Origin: Phoronis australis
Taxonomy: Eukaryota; Animalia; Phoronida
DNA: 64,000 bases
Reading direction: 5' to 3'
NCBI GenBank assembly: GCA_002633005.1
Contig: NMRA01000247.1
Span: forward strand, 454,958 to 518,957
Numbering within the stretch: the first letter of the stretch is position 1; the number at the start of each line of letters is the position of its first letter. This document shows positions 40,205 through 51,240 of the stretch, piece after piece. Made by a program: the position numbers and the translations under genes. Under the pieces are notes generated by a model. The model was given only the letters and a program-made list of their open reading frames with translations. It was not told where the DNA came from and made no database searches.

Positions 40205-41200
40205 TATAGAAGAGCAATGCGGGTGTTGAAATGCGCCCATGACTGCATCGGAAACCGTGTTGCTACTAGGGGTGATTATTTGTATCATAAAAATCATGGC
40301 CATTAAATAGCACAGAATACATTGAACCCATCTGAAAATGGAAAGGTGTCGTTTCTCAAAACTATTTGCTAAATTTCATGAAAATCCATCAAAGAACTCC
40401 AAAGATACAAAGGCAAACATAAAAAAACAAACTGCCATTAGGAGCCACAGAGTGGTAGTGGAATCTGTCCATCTGCTGCCTTGCCAAGTTAATAGGAATA
40501 CTATTGCAAAATTTTAAAAACATCTTGCAAGGGGTTTAAGAGATACAGCCGTAGATGCAAAAAATGTGACAGGGGAGCACCACAGTAATGGGCCCATCTG
40601 AAAACCCATGCCAGTCATACTCTTGTCAGTAGGAGCACATCTGCCAAATTTCATAATTATCCTCTGAGCTGCTTGGCAGATACAGAAGCAGATGTCATAA
40701 AAGACTAAAAAGTAATTGGCCACTAGTTGGTACAGAATACGCCAAATCCATTACAAAAAGGAAAGGTGCAGTTGTCTTTATAATAGCATCAAGGAATTCT
40801 CAAGTTAAAGATGCAAAGGTAAAAAAATGCCACTAAGGAGCACAGCTGTAGTTCAAAAAACTTAGTCCATAGTTTTTAAAATGGCACAGAAAACATCAAA
40901 TCCATCCGAAAATGGGAAGGCATCATCGTCTCCTAATAGGAACTTATTTGCAAACTTTTATGATAACAAATACTGCCGCCTTACGTCAAATCCATCTGAA
41001 AACAGGAACTTGTCATTGTCTCTTTAATAGAAACCTATTTATTAAATTTCATAAAATTCCGTCAAGGAGTTTCAAAGATACAGAGGACGATAAAAAATAT
41101 AAAACTGCTACTTGGGGGGAGGGGGNCTTGATCTCAATACACTTGCCAAATTTAATTTAATAAAGTTCCTACAGAGGGTTTGGGAGATACAGCCTGTTTA
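40205..41200 (+). mobile_element. Helentron/Helitron-like non-autonomous element with an internal array of diverged ~130-150-bp units (related fragments at ~4640-4830, 27230-27420, 35330-35470)
   Basis: Recurring blocks ccatctgaaaa, aaatttcat(g/a)aaa(a/t)tcc(a/g)tcaa(a/g)ga...agataca and gccactagg. Internal tandem arrays of this kind are known in invertebrate non-autonomous Helentrons; the family assignment is inference. Confidence 0.6.
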
Positions 41201-43131
41201 CATTTACACCCACATATATTCAGAATGCCCACTCTTCCGCAATTCGTAGTTGGAAATTTCAGTGTCTTAATTAAAATTACCCGTGTTCGAGTGAATTATA
41301 CTCTACCTATATATGAGAATGTGATTCCTTTTCTTGTAATCTAACAAAATTTGAGCAACACCAAAATGTCTCTCATCTGTCATCTCTCAAACTTCATGGA
41401 ATGCTTTCCAATCTGACACTAAAAGAGATAAAAAGCTCCCACTCATAGGCACCTAAATCAACCACATGCGTTATAATAACGACCGTTGTAATACCGTTAG
41501 TTGTGTGTCAGAAAGAAGTGGAAAGTTATTTATTCCTGGGATGATAAACTTTTGACAAAACACCAGTGCTCATGTTCAAAACACTATGTTGTAAAATGTT
41601 AATCCTGATTTTTAATTGCCCAATTAACAAACCCCAGTGGAGTACACTGACATGAGCCTCAGCCCTCCATGCCTCATTATTTGCTTCATTCCTCTCCAAA
41701 AATTTCCATTATCAGGCCAAAAATCTCTTCCAATGACTAAAAAATTTCTCTCAAATTTAGAATCACTTTGAACTGGTGGGGGTCCTTAGCAAAAAATTCC
41801 CCTTCCCAGAATGCACAGCTTCTCAAAAATTAAACTTTTAGTCAAGGATCCAAACCAGAAAAACACGGCTTGATATTGCAACTTCCCACAAACCTCATCT
41901 TGTGAGCCAACTTGATTACATTGACACCATTCTGGGTTTAACCAAAGATCAAATTACACTACATGTTTTTTCTTGCACAGAGGAGAAATTTGAAGTTTAT
42001 TAAACAGATTCGGCACGGTTTTATATACACGCTAGGGCAATAAAGACTTAAATAAATAACACAGTTAGTCGCAAAATGACTGCAGACATAAATCAAACAA
42101 GGTGTTACACATAAAACCAAGAAATAAGATTTCGCAGCTGCAACACTGTTTTATTGGCATTTGCCACTTTTTACAGTTCATGAACTTAAAGCAATTTCTT
42201 CGCCATCAGAAATGTCTTGGGAATTTTTAGTCACTGCATTCTAAATTTATTGTGAATATTTAAAGACCACTCTCACTCACATTCTAAATTAAAACCGAGC
42301 CACATTTCAGTTCCTCAATTTATTTTATTTGTAAAATGTATTGCTTCAAAGTTGACATTCTTGAACACCGAACTATATAGAAAACTTAAGGTCACCTCCA
42401 ACCTTATTTAGTGGCATCCATTCTAACAGTATATCAAAAAAACAGGTCATGTCCACTAGAAAAAGTATTGTTATATTTTCTGAAAGAAAAAAGATCAGGG
42501 ATTACAAAAATAAGTTTCATATTTATGTACCATTATTACATGAACACCTTCATAAGTCAAAATTTTCATTTTTAAGAAAGGTACAATCATAGCAAAATAA
42601 CCCCTCAGTCAATTTTAATGAAACCTTTTTGAATGAAAACTTCACCAGTTGCCTCAGAAATGCAGTTAGATTAGACTTTTAGTTTGTTTTCTGTGACAAA
42701 TCAATTTGCAAATATGAAGTATTTTTTTGTAAAAAATAGCAGTTGTATTCGTCTTTGTTACATTATGCAAAAACTAGGCCTTTACATCAAAAATCCTACC
42801 AGCATTTTTGAGATCGAAGAATAAATATTAAGTTTGGAAAGTTTCAAGGAAATACATCAAGCCGTTTTTTGAGAACTTGTGTTCCTAAGTTCAGACTAAT
42901 TTGATTTTTTGCCGAAGCCGAGAAAAAGCCGATTAAGAAGTAAGACATGAAAATCTCAAGGTCTTCGGTTAATTATTCGGTGAAAACTTGTTTCCCGTCA
43001 ATATAACCTATACATGCCTTAACCATGTTTGCTATTTCAACATTCACTTGCAATGTCAACTGAATTTGCTGTGTGTAATTACCTTCATTATCACTAAAAT
43101 GTTTTAATTTTGTGACTGTCTCCAGTCCGAC

Positions 43132-43190
43132 ACTGTTGACCTACTTTTAAGTGGGTCAACAGTTGACCCACTTAAAAGTAGGTCAACAGT
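43132..43190. repeat. Perfect 59-bp palindrome (29-bp arms, 1-nt centre)
   Basis: actgttgacctacttttaagtgggtcaac-a-gttgacccacttaaaagtaggtcaacagt. Confidence 0.97.
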
Positions 43191-44657
43191 TCACACACAC
43201 CATGTGCCGGTAAAATGAAACCAAGTATGTAATGGACAACAGAAATTGAGTCAATGGTTAAAGCGCATCGTGAGCATGAGATCAAAATAGCGAAGTGTCA
43301 ATTTACCTATCAAATTAATGAATTTGGGTGAGGATTTATCTCTTTTCAAAACTTGCGGAGTTGGTGATCACTAAGTCACAGAAGCGGAGCATTCTTTCTC
43401 AACAGATGTATGCATGCAAATGAAGAACTCCCTCAAAACCACTTTTGTTGCCCCCCCCCTGGGTATTTTTCTATCATATGTACACCTTGTTGAATCAATA
43501 ATAATAACAGTGAATAAAAGGACTGAGGTTGCATATGGAGCTGCTCTATGCCTGGCAGTAGATATGATTTGAGTGACAGCTGTAACCTTTGATCTCGAAT
43601 AAGTAGTAAACAAATTTCCATGTGGTTGTGCTGTTCCAAGGTGATTCTGCCAAACCTTTTTCTTGCTACACTGTATATATTTCATATTTGAAGTTCCCCC
43701 GAGAATGAAGATAAGGTATTTTGCTAGACATATGTGAAATATTGTAAAAACGGACAATTTTTGTGAATAAGGTTTGAGATATCCACTTAAAAGAACAAGA
43801 TGAAAAAGAAAAGATGAAGAAGAAAGTGTTAGAATAAGCAAGTACACATATGAAATTAGCAATGGTCAACTAACTGCAGGTATTTGCTCCATATCAAACA
43901 AATTTAGGAACGATGTATACATATATTAAATATTAACATGAAAAGTCCCACCAACATAAAATACATTGAATTAGGATCAAACTGCACAGCAAGTTTGTTG
44001 GAGAAGACAAACCCAGTCAGCTGCAGCCAAACTCAGAGTTAAATGTAAAAAGTTAGGTCTAATCAAAAACGCTATCAAAATTAGCCTCAACATATACACA
44101 GCACAATTAGGAAACCAAAGGAACACAAGGCGCAAAACATCAAATGGCAGTCGCTACCTGCTGTGTGCACAGCCACTGGAATTTTCTTTTTAACTAGTTT
44201 TAATTTGGTAAAATCAAGGAAATTTAACCATTTCTCTCAGATATCGCTTAATGCGAAGAAAGTCTCTTTTTTATAGATGCAGCAAAGCATTAGTTTCATT
44301 TCGAATAAAGTCAGCTTAACAAGCTAGAACACAGCATGTTGTCTCAAGAGGATGTCCTTAACACGAATTAACACATGTTCTAGGATGAACTTTCACCACA
44401 TTAGACAGAAGGAAACCAGTTAGCCTTTATTCTATTTCCAAATAATAAACAATAAGAAAGATTCTCAAACATCAGCCTTGGATTTTCATTTGCGTTCAAA
44501 AAGATGCGAGTTACAATTCGGTTCATCGTTGTTTATTTCCTGAGTAATCAATTGGTCTGGCTTTAAAACTTCACGAATTGCAATTTGAAGAAGAATGTCC
44601 TTCATTTCCAAGTGGCTTTTGAAACTAGAGCTGCCAGGTGAACTTCGAAACTTTGAA

Positions 44658-45174
44658 GGTTATGTAGAACCATAGAAACGAGGACCAAACTTGGCTAATT
44701 TTGGAACGTCATATTTCAGAAATGATTGACTGGATTCGAACGGTTTTATATATACTAAACTACAAAACGCTGTAATATGGTTTCAAAGAGGCTCCACTTA
44801 TGCATGAGGGGCTAACAAAAATAGGGCAGTTACGTTTTTTTTGAACAAAAGAATCTAAAAAGGCATAAAAATAAAAACAAAATATTTCAGTAAACTGTAA
44901 CTGCGTTCTTAAGACATCACCATAAGCATTGAAATAAAATTTGATCACGTTATTGATACTGTTGTTTTGTTAGGGACGAACCTTTCTTGTTTTGCCAAAT
45001 TTAGCTAAAGGACATACTCATGTGACCCAATTAGACACATTTATAAAATAGGAAAAAGTAAAAAATCTACAGGCTTTCTACATGCATAAAATAAATACTT
45101 TAACTGAGTCAAGTTCTATAGTTTCTAGATATTAAGACACATACACCCACTTACCAATAATGTCCTACACAACC
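44658..45174 (+). mobile_element. TTAA-bounded MITE family, copy 3 (both ends present)
   Basis: tgaa|ggttatgtagaacc ... gtcctacacaacc|ttaa. GG..CC termini with a TTAA target site fit the Kolobok superfamily (inference). Confidence 0.78.
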
Positions 45175-48100
45175 TTAAATTGAAGCTTTTAATGTCTTTC
45201 AAACTTCTAAATGAATACACTGATTGATTTTCAATTTTTTTTTAACTCCTGCAATCATGTCTTCTTCTCTTTGACAGATTCAAAAATGATTCATTTTGAA
45301 AAATATTTTCCTCCCAAATAACCTGAGGGCCCCTAAGGTAAAAAAAATTAGACACAAATGATTGATAAAATTGTCATATTTGTATTTCTAAAGGCTTACC
45401 ACATTGTTGCAAATGCTCAAAGCTTTAACCACCTCATGCTAACCATGCTAAGAGCGAAACAGATTTTCTTCAAAAGTTATTTTTGTTGAGACATTTCCTC
45501 CACGTTGTGTTCCTAACCAAAGTATTTTTACCATAACTCCAGGGAACTCAGCAGAACCAGCTACATAAATTATGCAAATTAGGATGTGAAACCAAGAAAG
45601 GCAGATGGATTAGCCTCGAACATTCCTATTTGCTGGGACCAATGTGAAGTCATATTCAAATTGATTTATTTAAATTTTGTTTAAATGACATCCATGTGAC
45701 ACATTCCCACCAAGGACAGTTTGATAGTACATAGTAAGTGGTTTCTCTACAAGGGTATAATTTTGAAACTTACTCACTAGGTGGTACATGCTTGAATTAA
45801 TAGTGATCACCTAAACCAGAGATAACTATCAAGTGCCAATATTAACACAAGTGAAGTGACACTTTGCAAATTTCATATCCTACAGTTGTACTAAAATGTG
45901 ATTAATAACATTGACACCTGCAGCAACATTCTACCTTCTTCATTAAGATGACATAGGCCAGAAAACACACAAGAAATGGTTGTTTACCACACTGTAAATG
46001 ATACAAACAACCCCACCATACAAAAGCCAGAACAGCTGGCAGCAGTGCAGGTTAATCCAGGTATTGTCAACTGCCAAATCATTTCAGGTAAAATTGAGCA
46101 ATTACCTGTAATTATGGCTTTAATATCAAGCTGGATTAATTTACTTGTTAAAGACCTATTTATTGGTGGATTTGTGGGTAGAGGGACAAAGAGGTGTGAA
46201 AATCCCAGTGGCAGAGGATTTTACACAGGCATTGACACTGCCAAAAGCTCTGTACAATAGCAATTTAGGACAAAGGGGGTAGCCTGCTGGGGGGAGTTGA
46301 TATGGTCTGTTTGATAGGTAATTGAGCATGAAGTTGTACTCACAGGCATGTATGTTCATTCAGCCCACTAGAAACCATGTACAGTGTATTGATGAGCAGA
46401 ATATACCTAAATGTCCAGACATGGGAGTGGGCCTGGACTATTCTCAAATGATCTAGCAATATATTCATTTCTGTTCTCAGGATTCTTAAAGTTGTATCTC
46501 TCCCTGTTTTGCATGCTCATACAATTGGTATCATAATATTGCTTACCATGGAAGAAGAAGATGATAGGATTCAACTTGCCAACTCAAGTCGCAGGCAATG
46601 CTTACAGGTGCCATGTCAAAGTTGCAGTAGTAGACCAACCCATATAAACTCTAAATTGTTTTCTTGGGTTACTCAAGTCGCTGATGGCTTCGATGTTCTT
46701 GTTGGTAACATAGTAATGAATATAATGATACCGATTTTATGAGAACAACAGGCTTATTTTCATTTTCAGCCAAATCAACATGGCGAAATGCAACTTAAGA
46801 AAATTCTACATGAAAATCATACTTTCTCTGATACCTTCCTTGAATGTATTTTTGCTGTTTATATGTATTTGGCTACCCACATGGTCTTGGCAATATGTTT
46901 GCAACATATCAAAACACAATTTCATCACTCAAATGTGTGAAGTAGCCTTTTCGTGCACATTGTGTCACCATGAGAACACGGAACAAAAACGAAACACTGA
47001 AAGTAGTTGTATTGAATTGTGGTCTGAATAGAATATCATGTAAGGATTCTTGCAGTGACATTACTGTGCTCAAAATGATCCTCAAAACATACTGTAGTAA
47101 CTTAATTTGCGTGGTGTGCTACTAGTGCTACTAGGCTTTGAGAACTCCTAAGTGTATAGCAACACAATGTATACACTTAAGTACCATAAAGAGTATAAAA
47201 AAGAATTAAAACCTAATGCTGTGTCGTGTCCTCATTTGGAGGACTTTCACTTGCTGTTGCTATGGCGGCATTCTGCAGATGACGTAATCTGTGTGCAATG
47301 AAACCCAGTGTGCTATCCCTTGTCTTAGAAAGTTTGAATCTTAATCTCCCTTGGCAATTCGAAGAGGGGCATTCATCCAGTTCGTAGATGGATTCCTTAC
47401 CCACGGGTTTGAACCAATTTTCCTTACGATCCCAAATGCGTACATCTAAGTGTCAAATGAATGTCCTGCAGTCACGATACGAGTGAAAACGGCAGAATCA
47501 TAACATGTATCCCTGTAACTGTAAGTCCAGTATTAGGTTTTAGTTCTTTTCTATATTTATCAACTGGATGTCTAATATTCACCAATTGATACCACTAAGA
47601 ATAGCATGGCAGTTTGACAGTGTGGTTCAGAATTAGGCTTTCTAATCAAAGAACTTATTTTTGTTGGTTTCAATTCAACATCCTGCTAAGCCATGCAGAG
47701 ACATATGTAAAATATTGGATGACATTAAAATGGAATAAAGTCAAGAGTTGTTGATACATGGACATTTCAAAAACTTTATTACTGCCTAAAACATCTTGCC
47801 CATGTCAATTTCACGGGGAATTTATTTTGAGACCAGCAGCAACAGTGGTAAATTCGCCCTGTTTATCAGACACGCAATACATCTTGAAAGTATTAAACAC
47901 ATTGTGGTCGCAGCATTTTCATCAAATGGGGGTGGAAGGAAACAGCTCTCTGGCAATAGGAATCAAACATAATCTCAGTCTCCAACAATTTACAAATGAC
48001 TCTAATATACCATATGACTGTATTCAATAGTCTACGTGGCATATTTCACCAAACTATAATAAATATCCAATTCAACAAAAAGTGCCCTATCCCACTGGCC

Positions 48101-48936
48101 ACCCCTTTATTGTACTTGGTGAATGGTTTCATAAGTAGCCACCAGTGAGTAATGTCTGTGATACATAGCATATCTCACTTCAGAAATTCACTTTAAATTT
48201 CATTCCAAGTTGAAAAATGCCTACATCAGACAAGTTGGATTCCAGTCATATGTTGGACAGATGTATGACTGGTGGTCATGTCTGAGAACATTCAATAGAA
48301 CTAGGATGGGGTCACACAGTTAACAAGGCATGGCTAAACAGCTGAAGCAAATCAACAAACGCTGGTTTTTATGTGAACTAGCCTAAAATTTCTATTTCAT
48401 GATAATATCAAACAGCGAAATTATTTTCCAAGTCAAATCACCTAACAGAAGCCAACTGCAATCTCATGAGTGTTATTTACTGTATGGAATGAAAGTTGAA
48501 CAGAACAATATTGTAAGCAAGTATCTATGGTATACTTATACCAGACCAAGTTTTCTGTAGTTCTTAAATGTTTTATTAGACATAGGTTTTTTAAAGCCAA
48601 TTTCCTACTACGCCAAAATTTCAAGCAAAAAAAAAGAAAATTACACATATAACACTACATAATAAAATTCTGCAAAGCGTTTCATCTAGTTTCATGACAA
48701 AAAACATACTGTTAACTTCCCTAAAGCTACCCTTCTCCAACCATGTAACGTCAATGCACACACCTTGCCTGATGACCAAATGTGCCTGCATAACAAACAA
48801 GAATACTTTCCACACCATTACTGTATTTTTGACCAAGCATAAAATTGCAAAACAGAATTCACAAAATTTCCAGAGCTTTCAAGTTTTAAGAATTTGTGGG
48901 TATTGATTTGAGAGTATGTTGTAGGCGATTTTTTAT

Positions 48937-48971
48937 AATAAATGATACTGGCAATAAATGATACTGACAAT
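48937..48971. repeat. 16-bp tandem duplication
   Basis: aataaatgatactg(g/a)c x2. Confidence 0.8.
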
Positions 48972-49860
48972 CTCAGGATGTTCACACATTAAAATCAAGA
49001 TGGTAAAGTGTGACTTCCGAACTCAAGGACGGAAATTCTGGGATAGACTAACGGATGAGACCAATCAATAAATAAACAGGAATAAATGCTGTCATGAGTA
49101 GAGTCTAAAAAAAGTCCGTAATGCCAACTTAAAAACAGCCTATTTAGAACTGTTTAAAGTCCTATTCCAAAGAATCAATACACAAGACATGAAATGTCAG
49201 CAATTTCAAAGTATTCAAGGAATATGAATGAATGTATGAATGACAGAAAAAACTACTGCACTCATAGTCCAAAGCAATGAACTTGATCATACTCGTACCA
49301 GTGATGAACAACTATTGCGTGACTGTTCCCGAGACAAAAAATGAAGATGCTCATACTCATAGGCGAAAAAAAATAATAAAAACAACAAAATGTTGAGACC
49401 TTTCTGTCTCAGTGATTTTAACAGTAACCAATGCTTGTGAATACTAAAACAACATTTTTACTTGTCTGTAATTTCTCAATTGTTTCTTGTATTTTCGGAC
49501 TAAAAATGTTTGACCACTTTTAATCCTGGTGCTAAGTGGCCTATACTGAAGTGATCAACTGTTGTGGAAATCGAAGAAATGGCAAATGCTCAACCGATTT
49601 ATCCCCATATAAAGAAGACAGTAGCATCAGTTTTTGACCAAATAATAATGGAAGATTGAAAGAAAACAATATAGACCTCAATATATTATGCACATATCAT
49701 CACCGGGATAGCTAATATCAGTGAAAAAAGTGACACGAATGAGCCATCGCTGTTGAGATTTGATACACCAATTTAATATCACGATATCCGAAACTTAATA
49801 ATAAAACTCTCACGATTTTTGACAGAAATATTTTCCTGTTCACAAGAAAGAAGTCACTGA

Positions 49861-50240
49861 GGTTATGTAGAACCATAGAAAATTTCCAAATTCAGTCAAC
49901 TTAGGAACATCATATTATTGTAAGAAAATGATGATTGACTTCCCATGAAACTTTCAGAGACTATGCTTTATGTACGGCACTTCAAACTTCCAATGCTAGG
50001 AATTTGTTTTAAAATGGTCCACTTTTGTACAAGGGGCTATCAAAAATACGACTTTTGTGATTTTCATAAAAAAATCAAAAGCTGCACATGAAATAATGAT
50101 TTAGAAAACTAAAACATCGTTTTAGAGATTTCATCCAAACATTCATGTTAATTTGGTTATGTTATTGATAGCATAGTTTTTCTTTCAATGTACCTTACAT
50201 TTATGTTAAATTATTTCACATGGTCATGATCACATGACAT
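49861..50240 (+). mobile_element. TTAA-bounded MITE family, copy 4 (3'-truncated)
   Basis: ggttatgtagaaccatagaaa start identical to copy 3; internal gtccacttttgtacaaggggctatcaaaaata. Confidence 0.72.
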
Positions 50241-51099
50241 ACTTGTGGATAAGTGGAAGAATACATTGACAGCTTACTGAAGCTGCCAATTGTTTTAGTG
50301 AGATCTCAGCATGCTGATTACACACAACCAATTGGGGGGGGGGGGGGAACTTCACATCTCATTGTTTGAAGATCATTGTGACAAAGGAAATAACACATTC
50401 TTGGATAATAAGTACTGGACAAAGAATTAACTGGTGTTCTCATTAGTAAAGTTATCAAGACCATTAGAAAACAATTCAGCATCAATCAGCGAGATTCAAA
50501 ACAGGCTGATAATGAGATAGATATGACGTTGTGTAAGCTGGCCAGATTGGTTTCCATGGAAACTAACTAACGAAATTTCAATTAAATACACTGAACCTGA
50601 CAAACAAGCATCCTGTATCTCTATCAAGACAGCCTGGCCAAAAGACATGAACAGTAAATTTTCTGGGCACAAGGAGAAGGTCCCAGTAAGTGAATGTTAA
50701 ATTTATCAATAAAGATGAACACGAAATTCACCTTTATTTTTACAACAGTTATAAATCAAGGTACGGACATTTTTCGAAAATTGATAGTGAGGCTTCAAAA
50801 ATTGAGAAAAAAAAGTTTTTGCAAAAAAGGGGCTTGTCTAGCCTTCATCTGACCTACCATGGGCAAGCTTTGAATGTTAATTTGTTTTAAATGGTGTTTA
50901 TTGTAGTGGCTACTTGCAAACAATGAAAATATTCAAAACCAGGCAAGATGGATTAAACTTAAAAAATATAACCCAAAACACAACCATAGTCATAGATAAA
51001 TCAATAATCAAACAGAACTTAAATTAGCTATTGAAAAATCTCACCAATTTAGGACACGCTATGGTGGACAAGTGAAGTTTTTTTTTTTAATTTGATCCA

Positions 51100-51240
51100 C
51101 ACAACAAAAGCTTTACCAGTCCTCACTTATGTGTCACGCCTAACATTTAACAATGTTTTGAGAAACTGTAGGTATTAAAAAAATTAAAAAGTGACCATTT
51201 TGGCAATTCTTTTTGTCCAAAATTGGCAACATTTCATCAT
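51100..51240. repeat. Interspersed repeat; inverted copy at ~61190-61330 and a fragment at ~39310-39360
   Basis: tgaccattttggcaattctttttgtccaaaattg versus caattttggacaaaaaaaattgccagaatagtca. gtagttgtgaatg is shared by ~39324 and ~61258. Confidence 0.6.

Noticed and set aside
41126-41126. Single N inside a G-run
   Set aside because: Assembly ambiguity, not biology; it may hide missing repeat units
43371-43869. 163-aa ORF
   Set aside because: Non-ATG start, low-complexity T-rich composition and no recognisable homology
50334-50347. G14 homopolymer (G-quadruplex potential)
   Set aside because: Isolated homopolymer of a common type, length unreliable, no context suggesting function
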